UHGV virus genome: UHGV-0008871
DNA: 47,120 nt
Origin: a virus
Reading direction: 5' to 3' (one strand)
Shown: in pieces, positions 1 through 9,079 of the stretch
Position numbering within the stretch: position 1 is the first letter of the stretch
Layout of the letters: each line of letters begins with the position of its first letter
Made by a program: the position numbers and the translations under genes
Notes under the pieces: model-generated
Seen by the model: only the letters and a program-made list of their open reading frames with translations
Database searches by the model: none
What the model was told of the DNA's origin: nothing

Positions 1-441
1 ACGTAAACTTTTTCCGGTTGTTGTCGATAGCTCTATATCCCTCAACCGGAAAATAATAATAGTAAAATGCTTAGCCCTGCTAATAATCGCCTAATCCAAA
101 CGCCTCATTCATGTTCTGGTACAGTCGCTCAAATGTACTTCAGATGCGCGGTTCGCTGATTTCCAGGACATTGTCGTCATTCAGTGACCTGTCCCGTGTA
201 TCACGGTCCTGCGAATTCATCAAGGAATGCATTGCGGAGTGAAGTATCGAGTCACGCCATATTTCGCTATCAGGATTCTGTGTGATGGTTACATCGCCCG
301 GCCCAGGGCTGTTTAGTCATCAGCGCTTTCTGACAGTGCTGAGATTTCAACCTGTTGCAGTAAAAATGAGTAGATATAAGGCAAGTGTGCTGCCAAACCC
401 ATCTTTTACGGGGTGAAGGTAGATTTCGTTTGAAGGGTATC

Positions 442-456
442 TGGTGTCCCCTGCAG
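442..456. repeat. Prophage attachment-site core (distal copy): 15-bp direct repeat tggtgtcccctgcag, identical to the 3' end of the argW tRNA gene at 44352-44366
   Basis: Exact 15/15 match to 44352-44366 read from the sequence; lies just beyond torI, as expected for the junction far from the integrase. Confidence 0.8.
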
Positions 457-529
457 ACATCTACTTGGCGCGGCAGGGGATTGATTGGAATGATGTTTTT
501 TAGATGTGAAAAATATTTTACCCGCTATT

Positions 530-730
530 TTACCCATTGGCGCGGCTTAAGAGCTTATTTTTGAATTCACAATGGTCACGATATAACCATCTTGCTCGTC
601 CGTGGATAACTTTGGCTTTTGGCAGGTCGCCGGACTTAATCCGGTCGTAGATGAAGGTTTTACCGAAGCCAGTATCGGCCATGATGAATTTCAAATCAAC
701 CAGTGAATCAGGCTGTAGTTCGTGTTGCAT
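530..730 (-). CDS. torI: Recombination directionality factor / excisionase, AlpA-TorI family (66 aa)
   Basis: 66-aa ORF MQHELQPDSLVDLKFIMADTGFGKTFIYDRIKSGDLPKAKVIHGRARWLYRDHCEF... matches my recollection of E. coli KplE1 TorI; sits at the prophage end opposite the integrase. Confidence 0.75.
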   Translation of the reverse strand: MQHELQPDSLVDLKFIMADTGFGKTFIYDRIKSGDLPKAKVIHGRARWLYRDHCEFKNKLLSRANG

Positions 731-852
731 GAGTGCTATCTCCGAATAGGGAATCGAACCTGCAAATCAGGCAATAAAAAACCGCATTGATGCGGCGATG
801 GTAGGTCTGGATATCTTGATAAATGAAAATGCCTCATCGAGTGTGAGGCGGG

Positions 853-1197
853 TTAGTCCTTGCGTAGCTCGCTGATTCTTCTGTAAGTCTCTGGTGCTTT
901 GTTCCCGTACGTCTTCATTTCAGACTTCAACAGAGCAACGAGTGAATCCCATTCGTTGAGGATTCCTTTGAATGCCGGAACGCGCTTTGCAACCTTGTCG
1001 AATGAATCTCTGATTTCTGGAATCTGCTCAACAAGTGCAACGCATCGTCGGAAATCTGCTGCGTCATGTGGAGCGCCGAAGTGATGACCATAGATATTCT
1101 TTTTCAGTCCACATGCGATTGAGGCAAGAGTTGCGCTACTGATGCCAACATCGCCAGTTGATTGCCATTTCAAAACCTTCATAGCCAAATCTGACAT
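853..1197 (-). CDS. Hypothetical prophage protein (114 aa)
   Basis: Intact ORF co-oriented with the leftward early operon; no family recognised by eye. Confidence 0.5.
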   Translation of the reverse strand: MSDLAMKVLKWQSTGDVGISSATLASIACGLKKNIYGHHFGAPHDAADFRRCVALVEQIPEIRDSFDKVAKRVPAFKGILNEWDSLVALLKSEMKTYGNKAPETYRRISELRKD

Positions 1198-1269
1198 TTC
1201 TTGTCTCCATAAAACAAAACTCGCCGTAGCGAGTTCAGATAAAAGAAATCCCCGCGAATGCGAGGATTG

Positions 1270-1554
1270 TTATTCAGTGCCGATATTCACCTTTATCGCG
1301 TACACCTTTACCGGTTTATCGCCGAAGTGAGGATGTGTGATTGTCTTGATTTCATATCCGTCATACGGGACGTCAATTCTGCGGCTGGAATCGTCGCGCT
1401 TCGGATATCCCTTTGTGATAATCAGGCGGTCATACTCCCGGAACATAATTCGCTTATTCCAGTAGTCATTACACAGGCGATACTCTTCCGTTTTCTCGCC
1501 CCGCTTCATCTGGTCGAAGTATTCGCCGTTCACTGCCAGTTGCAGATTAGCCAT
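1270..1554 (-). CDS. ASCH/DUF3850-like small protein (94 aa)
   Basis: N-terminal pattern EYFDQMKRGEKTEEYRLCN resembles the ASCH-type beta-barrel signature (xYFxxxKxGxKTxExR); the 3' end overlaps the next gene's start by 8 nt (1547-1554). Confidence 0.45.
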   Translation of the reverse strand: MANLQLAVNGEYFDQMKRGEKTEEYRLCNDYWNKRIMFREYDRLIITKGYPKRDDSSRRIDVPYDGYEIKTITHPHFGDKPVKVYAIKVNIGTE

Positions 1555-2350
1555 TGTCAGCCTCCTGCTGCGGTGGTTCAGGAATCGACATCCATCTGAT
1601 TACATCGCAATTACGTAGACTGATGTCATCTCCAATCCATCCTTGACCTTCAGACCAGCATTGCACGTAATACCCGTCTGCGGCTTCAACTACGCACCAC
1701 TGAGCGTCGTCAGGCATTCGCTCACTACAGCTCATCCAGACAGACGGAGTTACCGGAGAGTTGCGCATTGCGACCTTTAATGCCTCATAGAAGCAACCTT
1801 TCAGATTGTTGAACTGACGCCCATTTAGCGGGCCGTGTTCAGTCAGCATGTCGTGTAATTTCCATGCCGCGTCGTTTACTTCGCTGGATGACAGGGGAGG
1901 CAACTTGTAAGTTTGGCTTACAGGTTCGGCACCATGAAGCATGGCGTCGCTCCGCTCTATGCCATCCAGCGCGATTCGCAGTGCCTGAATTGTGGTAGAG
2001 CTATCGTTTGGAGCTATTCCATATCGCTCGAATACAGCTAAATGGTTGCGCATAATCTCAGGCGTAAGCTCTTTGTAAGCATAAGCGAGAGGCTCTGATG
2101 CATTATCCGGCGCAACCGACGCAGGCGCGGCAGCATAAACAGGAATAACGTCCGCTTGCTCTTTATTGCTTTCATCCGTTAAAGCCCAGAATAATTTCCC
2201 GGCCGGATGTTTGAAAATATAAGCAACTGGCTCTGCTTCCAGCGATGCCAGTGCAATTCGTGCCAGTTCCATTTGTTCGCCACGAGTAAGCCCGTTTTCA
2301 AGCGGATCTTTAATGAACAATTCAATACGCTCTTTGGTAATAGAATTCAT
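1547..2350 (-). CDS. Hypothetical prophage protein with C-terminal Trp/Cys-rich DUF551-like region (267 aa)
   Basis: C-terminal WMSCSERMPDDAQWCVVEAADGYYVQCWSEGQGW resembles the DUF551 motif common in lambdoid early regions. Confidence 0.5.
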   Translation of the reverse strand: MNSITKERIELFIKDPLENGLTRGEQMELARIALASLEAEPVAYIFKHPAGKLFWALTDESNKEQADVIPVYAAAPASVAPDNASEPLAYAYKELTPEIMRNHLAVFERYGIAPNDSSTTIQALRIALDGIERSDAMLHGAEPVSQTYKLPPLSSSEVNDAAWKLHDMLTEHGPLNGRQFNNLKGCFYEALKVAMRNSPVTPSVWMSCSERMPDDAQWCVVEAADGYYVQCWSEGQGWIGDDISLRNCDVIRWMSIPEPPQQEADNG

Positions 2351-2351
2351 G

Positions 2352-2585
2352 CTATTTCACCTTAATCTCAACATTTCGCAGCTTTAGCTCTACTGGCAGG
2401 TCTGACTTTCCGGTTAATGCCAATGCGAGATTTTCTGGAGTAATGAGAGCAGTTATTGTTTTCCCCATTGCCAGACGAATAATCATTCGTATCTCGCAAT
2501 CGTCACATGCTCCAGGTCGAACAATTGATATTTCTCCATTCATCTCACTCTCCTTTGATGCGAATGCCAGCGGCACGGGAATCAT
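2352..2585 (-). CDS. Hypothetical small protein (77 aa; alternative start at 2543 gives 63 aa)
   Basis: ORF in the operon; its 5' end overlaps the Ea22-like stop, so the start is uncertain. Confidence 0.4.
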   Translation of the reverse strand: MIPVPLAFASKESEMNGEISIVRPGACDDCEIRMIIRLAMGKTITALITPENLALALTGKSDLPVELKLRNVEIKVK

Positions 2586-3162
2586 TCCATCGCTTTACTT
2601 CTTCACGAATTACGTCAATGCATTCTTTCGAATCCATTAGGTAATCTTCATCAAAAAGCCTTTCCTGTTCGTTTTCTATCGCAACAATGATTGCTTCAAC
2701 TAACTTTTGTGCCTGAGAACCACTTTCTAACTCTGCAATGCGCTTCTCTGCGGCTTCCAGCTTCTCGCGCATATCGTCAACGTACTCGACCAGAGATCCG
2801 CCAGCAGGAATTTCGCACTCCTCAACCAGTTGGAAGTAGATATCAGCTGCGGCCCGTGTGTTGCTATGCCTAGCGTCGCCCATCTCACCTTCACGAAGAG
2901 CATCGCGTTCGGCGGTAAGATTGGCTATTTTGCTGTCTTTGCCTTCCAGCTCAACGCGCAGCTTCCCTACCGTTAGCGCAATATCCTCGTTCTCCTGGTC
3001 GCGGCGTTTGATGTATTGCTGGTTTCTTTCCCTTTCATCCAGCAGTGTCAGCACAATCGATGGTGTTACCAGCTCATGGAAAAGGTCCGCGTCAAATCCC
3101 CAGTTGTCAGGCATTGCCTGCTCTGCCGCTTCACGCAGTGCCTGAGAGTGAATTACGCTCAC
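2545..3162 (-). CDS. Ea22-like coiled-coil early protein (205 aa)
   Basis: Position in the exo-xis region and acidic coiled-coil composition typical of lambdoid Ea22-type proteins. Confidence 0.5.
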   Translation of the reverse strand: MSVIHSQALREAAEQAMPDNWGFDADLFHELVTPSIVLTLLDERERNQQYIKRRDQENEDIALTVGKLRVELEGKDSKIANLTAERDALREGEMGDARHSNTRAAADIYFQLVEECEIPAGGSLVEYVDDMREKLEAAEKRIAELESGSQAQKLVEAIIVAIENEQERLFDEDYLMDSKECIDVIREEVKRWNDSRAAGIRIKGE

Positions 3163-3380
3163 TTCGAACCTCTCTGTTTACTGATAAGCTCCAGATCTTC
3201 CTGGCAACTTGCACAAGTCCGACAACCCTGAACGGCCAGGCGTCTTAGCTCATCTATGGGATCGCCACACTCACAACAATGAGTGGCAGATACAGCCTGG
3301 TGGTTCAGGCGGCGCATTTTTATTGCTGTGTTGCGCTGTAATTCTTCAATTTCTGATGCTGAATCAATGATGTCTGCCAT
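3159..3380 (-). CDS. TraR/DksA-family C4 zinc-finger protein (lambda orf73-like, 73 aa)
   Basis: CxxC...CxxC motif (CCECGDPI...CRTCASC) in a 73-aa protein; 4-nt overlap with the downstream gene. Confidence 0.7.
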   Translation of the reverse strand: MADIIDSASEIEELQRNTAIKMRRLNHQAVSATHCCECGDPIDELRRLAVQGCRTCASCQEDLELISKQRGSK

Positions 3381-3478
3381 CTTCCATTAATCCCTGAATT
3401 GTTGGTTAATACGCTTGGGGGTAAATGCGAGCAATAAAAAAGGAGCCTGTAGCTCCCTGATAATTTTGCTTTTCATGT

Positions 3479-3694
3479 TCATCGTTCCTTAAAGACGCCG
3501 TTTAACATGCCGATTGCCAGGCTTAAATGAGTCGGTGTGAATCCCATCAGCGTTACCGTTTCGCGGTGCTTCTTCAGTACGCTACGGCAAATGTCATCGA
3601 CGTTTTTATCCGGAAACTGCTGTCTGGCTTTTTTGATTTCAGAATTAGCCTGACGGGCAATGCTGCGAAGGGCGTTTTCTTGCTGAGGTGTCAT
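3479..3694 (-). CDS. Lambda exo-xis region protein, orf60a-like
   Basis: MTPQQENALRSIARQANSEIKKARQQFPDKNVDDICRSVLKKHRETVTLMGF... matches my recollection of lambda orf60a; start set at the internal Met (ORF track starts at 3760). Confidence 0.6.
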   Translation of the reverse strand: MTPQQENALRSIARQANSEIKKARQQFPDKNVDDICRSVLKKHRETVTLMGFTPTHLSLAIGMLNGVFKER

Positions 3695-3770
3695 TGAACA
3701 AGCCCCATGTCGGCAAGCATAAGCACACAGAATATGAAGCCCGCTGCCAGAAAAATGCATTCAGTGGTTG

Positions 3771-3962
3771 TCATACCTGGTCTCTCTCATCTGCTTCTGC
3801 TTTCGCCACCATCATTTCCAGCTTTTGTGAAAGGGATGCGGCTAACGTATGAAATTCTTCGTCTGTTTCTACTGGTATTGGCACAAACCTGACTCCAATT
3901 TGAGCGAGGCTATGTGCCATCTCGATACACGTTCTTAACTCAACAGGAGATGCTTTGTGCAT
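3771..3962 (-). CDS. Lambda exo-xis region protein, orf63-like (63 aa)
   Basis: [63 protein letters not shown]; recalled lambda orf63. Confidence 0.6.
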   Translation of the reverse strand: MHKASPVELRTCIEMAHSLAQIGVRFVPIPVETDEEFHTLAASLSQKLEMMVAKAEADERDQV

Positions 3963-4123
3963 ACAGCCCCCCGTTTATTATTTATCTCCTCAGCCAGCCG
4001 CTGTGCTTTCAGGGGATTTCTGATAACAGAAAGGCCGGGAAATACCCAGCCTCGCTTTGTAACGGAGTAGACGAAAGTGATCGCACCTACCCGGATATTA
4101 TCGTGAGGATGCTTCATCGCCAT
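3935..4123 (-). CDS. Lambda exo-xis region protein, orf61-like (62 aa)
   Basis: [62 protein letters not shown]; recalled lambda orf61; overlaps the end of exo. Confidence 0.55.
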   Translation of the reverse strand: MAMKHPHDNIRVGAITFVYSVTKRGWVFPGLSVIRNPLKAQRLAEEINNKRGAVCTKHLLLS

Positions 4124-4794
4124 TGCTCCCCAAATACAAAACCAATTTCAGCCAGTGCCTCGTCCATTTTTTCGATGAACTCCGGCACCATCTCGTCAAA
4201 ACTCGCCATGTACTTTTCATCCCGCTCAACCACGACATAATGCAGGCCTTCACGCTTCATACGCGGGTCATAGTTGGCAAAGTACCAGGCATCTTTTCGC
4301 GTCACCCACATGCTGTACTGCACCTGGGCCATGTAAGCCGACTTTATGGCCTCGAAACCACCGAGCCGGAACTTCATGAAATCCCGGGAGGTAAACGGGC
4401 ATTTCAGCTCAAGGCCATTGCCGTCACTGCATAAACCATCGGGAGAGCAGGCGGTGCGCATACTTTCGTCGCGATAGATGATCGGGGATTCAGTAACATT
4501 CACGCCGGAAGTGAATTCAAACAGGGTTCTGGCGTCGTTCTCGTACTGTTTTCCCCAGGCCAGCGCCTTAGCATTAACTTCCGGAGCCACACCGGTGCAA
4601 ACCTCAGCCAGCAGGGTGTGGAAGTAGGACATTTTCATGTCAGGCCACTTCTTTCCTGAGCGGGGCTTTGCTATCACGTTGTGAACTTCTGAAGCGGTGA
4701 TGACGCCGAGCCGTAATTTGTGCCATGCATCATCCCCCTGTTCGACAGCTCTCACGTCGATCCCGGTACGCTGCAGGATAATGTCCGATGTCAT
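4114..4794 (-). CDS. exo: Lambda exonuclease (Red alpha), 226 aa
   Basis: Near residue-for-residue match to recalled lambda Exo (…[53 protein letters not shown]…GEQWR); ATGA-type overlap with bet. Confidence 0.95.
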   Translation of the reverse strand: MTSDIILQRTGIDVRAVEQGDDAWHKLRLGVITASEVHNVIAKPRSGKKWPDMKMSYFHTLLAEVCTGVAPEVNAKALAWGKQYENDARTLFEFTSGVNVTESPIIYRDESMRTACSPDGLCSDGNGLELKCPFTSRDFMKFRLGGFEAIKSAYMAQVQYSMWVTRKDAWYFANYDPRMKREGLHYVVVERDEKYMASFDEMVPEFIEKMDEALAEIGFVFGEQWR

Positions 4795-5576
4795 GCTGCC
4801 ACCTTCTGCTCAGTGGCTTTCTGTTTCAGGAATCCAAGAGCTTTCACTGCTTCGGCCTGTGTCAGTTCTGACGATGCGCGAATGTCGCGGCGAAATATCT
4901 GGGAACAGAGCGGCAATAAGTCGTCATCCCATGTTTTATCCAGGGCGATCAGCAGAGTGTTAATCTCCTGCATGGTTTCATCGTTAACCGGAGTGATGTC
5001 GCGTTCTGGCTGACGTTCTGCAGTGTATGCAGTATTTTCGACAATGCGCTCGGCTTCATCCTTGTCATAGATACCAGCAAATCCGAAGGCCAGACGGGCA
5101 CACTGAATCATGGCTTTATGCCGTAACATCCGTTTGGGATGCGACTGCCACGGCCCCGTGATTTCTCTGCCTTCGCGGGTTTTGAATGGTTCGCGGCGGC
5201 ATTCATCCATCCATTCGGTAACGCAGATCGGATGATTACGGTCCTTGCGGTAAATCCGGCATGTACAGGATTCATTGTCCTGCTCAAAGTCCATGCCATC
5301 AAACTGCTGGTTTTCATTGATGATGCGGGACCAGCCATCAACGCCCACCACCGGAACGATGCCATTCTGCTTATCAGGAAAGGCGTAAATTTCTTTCGTC
5401 CATGGATTAAGGCCGTACTGGTTGGCAACGATCAGTAATGCGATGAACTGCGCATCGCTGGCATCACCTTTAAATGCCGTCTGGCGAAGAGTGGTGATCA
5501 GTTCCTGTGGGTCGACAGAATCCATGCCGACGCGTTCAGCCAGCTTCCCAGCCAGCGTTGCGAGTGCTGTACTCAT
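4791..5576 (-). CDS. bet: Lambda Bet (Red beta) single-strand annealing protein, 261 aa
   Basis: Matches recalled lambda Bet ([66 protein letters not shown]…). Confidence 0.95.
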   Translation of the reverse strand: MSTALATLAGKLAERVGMDSVDPQELITTLRQTAFKGDASDAQFIALLIVANQYGLNPWTKEIYAFPDKQNGIVPVVGVDGWSRIINENQQFDGMDFEQDNESCTCRIYRKDRNHPICVTEWMDECRREPFKTREGREITGPWQSHPKRMLRHKAMIQCARLAFGFAGIYDKDEAERIVENTAYTAERQPERDITPVNDETMQEINTLLIALDKTWDDDLLPLCSQIFRRDIRASSELTQAEAVKALGFLKQKATEQKVAA

Positions 5577-5581
5577 CCGTT

Positions 5582-5998
5582 TTATACCTCTGAATCAATA
5601 TCAACCTGGTGGTGAGCAATGGTTTCAACCATGTACCGGATGTGTTCTGCCATGCGCTCCTGAAACTCAACATCGTCATCAAACGCACGGGTAATGGCTT
5701 TTTTGCTGGCCCCGTGGCGTTGTAAATGATCGATGCAGAGTGATTCAAACAGGTGCTGGGGCAGACCTTTTTCCATGTCGTCTGCCAGTTCTGCCTCTTT
5801 CTCTTCACGGGCGATCTGCTGGTAGTGACGCGTCCAGCTCTGAGCCTCAAGACGATCCTGAATGTAATAAGCGTTCATGGCTGAACTCCTGAAATAGCTG
5901 TGAAAATATCGCCCGCGAAATGCCGGGCTGATTAGGAAAACAGGAAAGGAGGTTAGTGAATGCTTTTGCTTGATCTCAGTTTCAGTATTAATATCCAT
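5582..5998 (-). CDS. gam: Lambda Gam, RecBCD inhibitor (138 aa long form)
   Basis: [55 protein letters not shown]… matches recalled lambda Gam. Confidence 0.95.
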   Translation of the reverse strand: MDINTETEIKQKHSLTSFPVFLISPAFRGRYFHSYFRSSAMNAYYIQDRLEAQSWTRHYQQIAREEKEAELADDMEKGLPQHLFESLCIDHLQRHGASKKAITRAFDDDVEFQERMAEHIRYMVETIAHHQVDIDSEV

Positions 5999-6096
5999 TT
6001 TTTATAAGCGTCGACGGCCTCACGAAACATCTTTTCATCGCCAATAAAAGTGGCGATAGTGAATTTAGTCTGGATAGCCATAAGTGTTTGGTCCAT
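5953..6096 (-). CDS. kil: Lambda Kil (host cell-division inhibitor, 47 aa)
   Basis: [47 protein letters not shown] inside the longer track ORF; start at the internal Met, overlapping cIII as in lambda. Confidence 0.85.
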   Translation of the reverse strand: MDQTLMAIQTKFTIATFIGDEKMFREAVDAYKKWILILKLRSSKSIH

Positions 6097-6229
6097 TTTT
6101 TGGGACTCCTGGCTGATTAAGTATGTCGATAAGGCGTTTCCATCCGTCACGTAATTTACGGGTGATTCGTTCAAGTAAAGATTCGGAAGGGCAGCCAGCA
6201 ACAGGCCACCCTGCAATGGCATATTGCAT
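6065..6229 (-). CDS. cIII: Lambda cIII (FtsH/HflB inhibitor that stabilises cII), 54 aa
   Basis: Hand translation of the minus strand gives [54 protein letters not shown]; below the 60-aa track cutoff. Confidence 0.9.
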   Translation of the reverse strand: MQYAIAGWPVAGCPSESLLERITRKLRDGWKRLIDILNQPGVPKNGPNTYGYPD

Positions 6230-6301
6230 GGTGTGCTCCTTATTTATACATAACGAAAAACGCCTCGAGTGAAGCGTTATTGGTATGCGGTAACGCCGCG
6301 C

Positions 6302-6670
6302 TCAGGCGGCTTTGATAGTCATATCATCTGAATCAAATATTCCTGATGTATCGATATCGGTAATTCTTATTCCTTCGCTACCATCCATTGGAGGCCATCC
6401 TTCCTGACCATTTCCATCATTCCAGTCGAACTCACACACAACACCATATGCATTTAAGTCGCTTGAAATTGCTATAAGCAGAGCATGTTGCGCCAGCATG
6501 ATTAATACAGCATTTAATACAGAGCCGTGTTTATTGAGTCGGTATTCAGAGTCTGACCAGAAATTATTAATCTGGTGAAGTTTTTCCTCTGTCATTACGT
6601 CATGGTCGATTTCAATTTCTATTGATGCTTTCCAGTCGTAATCAATGATGTATTTTTTGATGTTTGACAT
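6302..6670 (-). CDS. ea10: Lambda Ea10-like early protein (122 aa)
   Basis: Size, position between cIII and sieB, and acidic C-terminus match lambda ea10 as I recall it. Confidence 0.6.
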   Translation of the reverse strand: MSNIKKYIIDYDWKASIEIEIDHDVMTEEKLHQINNFWSDSEYRLNKHGSVLNAVLIMLAQHALLIAISSDLNAYGVVCEFDWNDGNGQEGWPPMDGSEGIRITDIDTSGIFDSDDMTIKAA

Positions 6671-6692
6671 CTATTCATATCCTCACAGATAA

Positions 6693-6712
6693 AAAATCGC
6701 CCTCACATTGGA
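6693..6712 (-). terminator. Putative rho-independent terminator on the leftward transcript (hairpin gccctc/gagggc followed by a U-run)
   Basis: Minus-strand reading: gccctccaatgtgagggcgatttttt. Confidence 0.4.
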
Positions 6713-6930
6713 GGGCAAAGAAGATTTCCAATAATCAGAACAAGTCGGCTCCTGTTTAGTTACGAGCGACATTGCTCAGTGTATTCACTCGTTGGAATGA
6801 ATACACAGTGCAGTGTTTATTAGTATGCCTGTCTTTTAACCACATCAGGCTCGGTGGTTCTCGTGTACCCCTACAGCGAGAAATCGGATAAACTCTATTC
6901 ACCCCTACAGAGAGCAAAAGAGAAACGCCG

Positions 6931-7512
6931 ATGAACAACTCATGGTGGCAGGAACTAATGCATTTTTTCCTGCAAGGAATGACACTTAAACAGTTGATTC
7001 ATATGCTAATCATCCTAATCATATTGATTATTGTTATGCCTGTAAGCGTAAAAGAATGGATAAACCTGCATAATCCAGAAATCCTTCCTCATTACTGGAT
7101 GTATTACATCCTGTTGTTTTGCGTTAGCTATGTGCTTAACGGCGTTGTTAATTCCGCTTATCACGCTGTGACTGAAAGAATTGAGATATTCGCTGCTCAG
7201 AAGCGCAAATCTAAAGAAGAGAAATACGTGCAAGATTTGTTTGATTCGTTAACTCTTGGAGAAAGAGCGTATTTGGCATTCGCTGTAGCCGCTAATAACC
7301 AGCTAAAGACAGAAAAGGGAAGCCCTGAAGCAATCTCATTGCTCGAAAAAGGGCTTCTTATTCGGGTACCTTCTGCTACTGGATATCCTGAAATCGACCG
7401 TTTTGTTATCCCGGAACGCTATAGAAATGAGTGCTACATTAGGTTTGCTGGGAAGAAAGACAGTCTTATGGATGAACTTATCGCTCAGGATAAGCATGGC
7501 AAAAACAAGTAA
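6931..7512 (+). CDS. sieB: Superinfection exclusion protein B (193 aa, N-terminal membrane segment)
   Basis: Opposite orientation to the pL operon between ea10 and N, as lambda sieB; hydrophobic N-terminus (LIHMLIILIILIIVMPV). Confidence 0.7.
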   Translation: MNNSWWQELMHFFLQGMTLKQLIHMLIILIILIIVMPVSVKEWINLHNPEILPHYWMYYILLFCVSYVLNGVVNSAYHAVTERIEIFAAQKRKSKEEKYVQDLFDSLTLGERAYLAFAVAANNQLKTEKGSPEAISLLEKGLLIRVPSATGYPEIDRFVIPERYRNECYIRFAGKKDSLMDELIAQDKHGKNK

Positions 7513-7528
7513 TTAGCAAATTAATTTA

Positions 7529-7801
7529 TCATCTCGCCGTCAGTTGTTTTGATTTCCGGTAGCCTGCCGCGTAAATGGCTACGTTTGGCAGGCAAATACT
7601 TCCACTGCATTCATCTGCCTTCTTGCAGCGAAGGCTTCCGAGTGATGCTGCTTTGTCTGCTCTGACGCAACCAGAGAGCTTTAGCGCAATTTTTCGCGCC
7701 AGTCGCTGTTCTTGCATTGCCTGCTCACGTTGAGCCTGTCTGCGTGCTCTGCGGCGATTTCTGGCGTTATCGTCAGCCAGATATGTAATGACTACTGCCA
7801 T
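7529..7801 (-). CDS. N: N-type transcription antiterminator, P22 gp24-like (90 aa)
   Basis: Arginine-rich motif NARNRRRARRQAQRE and C-terminus VAIYAAGYRKSKQLTAR resemble recalled P22 gene 24 protein; first gene of the leftward operon. Confidence 0.75.
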   Translation of the reverse strand: MAVVITYLADDNARNRRRARRQAQREQAMQEQRLARKIALKLSGCVRADKAASLGSLRCKKADECSGSICLPNVAIYAAGYRKSKQLTAR

Positions 7802-7909
7802 GTTGACCTCCGATGATTGACTTTGGCGGTGACGCGCCGGGTGCTTATCTTCCGGTTGCCGTCGTGCAGCTGCACTTCACGTCACCCCAAAGCCAACTAC
7901 TCTTTGGTT

Positions 7910-7949
7910 CCCGCATTTCGGCGGGACAATCCCATCAATGTTAAAGAGC
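7910..7949 (-). promoter_or_regulatory. nutL candidate: boxA (gctctttaaca) and boxB hairpin (cccgccgaaatgcggg) on the leftward transcript
   Basis: The same boxA/boxB pair recurs downstream of cro at 9037-9079. Confidence 0.6.
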
Positions 7950-7954
7950 CTGCC

Positions 7955-8092
7955 AATCTGTTCCGTTTGGCTACCAGCGTCCTGCCGATGACTTAAATTT
8001 AAGATTTCTTTAACTATTGGTCAAGAGCGTTTTTGAAGAAAACTTAAATTTTGTTGCGAAGCTTAAGTTTTGCTTTGATTTTTAAAGGAAAG
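7955..8092. promoter_or_regulatory. OL/pL region: AT-rich tract with repeated TTAAGn/ACTTAA half-site-like motifs
   Basis: Repeats acttaaatttaaga, aaacttaaatttt, gcttaagtttt upstream of N; analogous motifs occur in the OR region. Confidence 0.5.
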
Positions 8093-8114
8093 AAAAAAAG
8101 GGGCGAATGCCCCT
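8090..8114 (-). terminator. Rho-independent terminator right after the repressor gene (hairpin aggggc-gaat-gcccct plus U-run on the minus strand)
   Basis: Read from the sequence; abuts the cI stop codon. Confidence 0.6.
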
Positions 8115-8764
8115 TATGGAAGGTTTGCTATTTTTGCATCGACAACTACACCGATGATTTTGCAGTTCCCGTTGATCTCAATCATCGGATATTGTGGGTT
8201 AAGTGGTTTTAGAAACCTTCTGCCAGCATCAATAACTAACTTCTTGAAAGTTGCCTCGTTTTCTCCTTCGAGCTTTGCCACTACCAGCTTCCCATTACGA
8301 GGTTCTACTTCAGGATCGACTAGTATTATCATCCCTTCCGGGATGCTAAGACCGGCTGGAGCCGTCATCGAATCACCCTTTACGTCCAGCCAAAACGAAT
8401 CTTCTGAACAATCTACGGTTGTATCGTACCAGTTATCTATTGCACGCTTATGATATGGCTCTACAGCTTCCATCCAACATCCTGCGCTTACCCAACTAAT
8501 TAGAGGATACGAACCTCTTGGATCATGCCTGCTGTGATAGGCAATGTTTGAAAGACTATCTTCTCCTTTCAACAAGTAATCAGGGGAGCACTGTAAAGCC
8601 TTGGCTAAAGCCAATAGGTTTTCGCCATTGGGCTCAGTTTCAGAACGCTCCCATTGGGAAATAGCAACATTAGACACGCCAACCATCTTGCCAAGGGCAG
8701 CCTGCCTAATCTTAAGTTCTTTTCTGCGAGCGCGAATACGCTCACCCATCAGTTGTGTATTCAT
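8114..8764 (-). CDS. cI: Prophage repressor, P22 C2-like (HTH plus LexA-like S24 self-cleavage domain), 216 aa
   Basis: MNTQLMGERIRARRKELKIRQAALGKMVGVSNVAISQWERSETEPNGENLLALAKALQCSPDYLL… plus GDSM…KL motifs; near-identical to recalled P22 c2. Confidence 0.9.
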   Translation of the reverse strand: MNTQLMGERIRARRKELKIRQAALGKMVGVSNVAISQWERSETEPNGENLLALAKALQCSPDYLLKGEDSLSNIAYHSRHDPRGSYPLISWVSAGCWMEAVEPYHKRAIDNWYDTTVDCSEDSFWLDVKGDSMTAPAGLSIPEGMIILVDPEVEPRNGKLVVAKLEGENEATFKKLVIDAGRRFLKPLNPQYPMIEINGNCKIIGVVVDAKIANLP

Positions 8765-8844
8765 AGTTAAGACATCTTAAATAAACTTGACTTAAGATTC
8801 CTTTGATAGATAATTTAAGTGTTCTTTAATTTCGGAGCGAGTCT
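8765..8844. promoter_or_regulatory. OR/PR/PRM divergent regulatory region between repressor and cro
   Basis: 80-bp AT-rich intergenic region with TTAAG-type operator half-sites. Confidence 0.6.
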
Positions 8845-9030
8845 ATGTACAAGAAAGATGTTATCGACCACTTCGGAACCCAGCGTGCGGTAGCTAAAGC
8901 GTTAGGCATTAGCGATGCAGCAGTCTCTCAGTGGAAGGAAGTCATCCCAGAGAAAGACGCCTATCGACTGGAAGTCGTTACAGCTGGCGCCCTGAAGTAT
9001 CAAGAAAGTGCTTATCGCAAAGCGGCATAA
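8845..9030 (+). CDS. cro: Cro repressor, P22-type (61 aa)
   Basis: MYKKDVIDHFGTQRAVAKALGISDAAVSQWKEVIPEKDAYRLEVVTAGALKYQESAYRKAA; HTH motif, divergent from cI. Confidence 0.9.
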   Translation: MYKKDVIDHFGTQRAVAKALGISDAAVSQWKEVIPEKDAYRLEVVTAGALKYQESAYRKAA

Positions 9031-9036
9031 GCAAAT

Positions 9037-9079
9037 TGCTCTTTAACAGTCATGGTCCTTATTCCCGCCGAAATGCGGG
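9037..9079 (+). promoter_or_regulatory. nutR: boxA (tgctctttaaca) and boxB hairpin (cccgccgaaatgcggg)
   Basis: Read from the sequence; same boxB hairpin as nutL. Confidence 0.65.

Noticed and set aside
1-441. Left flank outside the prophage searched for genes
   Set aside because: No ORF of 60 aa or more and no recognisable RNA signal; treated as host intergenic or remnant DNA.
752-768. Initially considered as the left att core because it matches 16 nt of the argW T-arm
   Set aside because: The repeat at 442-456 matches the actual 3' terminus of the tRNA and places torI inside the element, as expected for an int/RDF pair at opposite prophage ends. The 752-768 match is kept as a separate low-interest observation.
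899-1599. Plus-strand ORFs (899-1084, 1142-1330, 1258-1599) in the left early region
   Set aside because: Each overlaps a better-supported minus-strand gene in the leftward operon; likely shadow ORFs.
6756-6938. 60-aa minus-strand ORF at the position where lambda has ral
   Set aside because: The sequence does not resemble Ral and the ORF overlaps the sieB start and promoter region; more likely non-coding.
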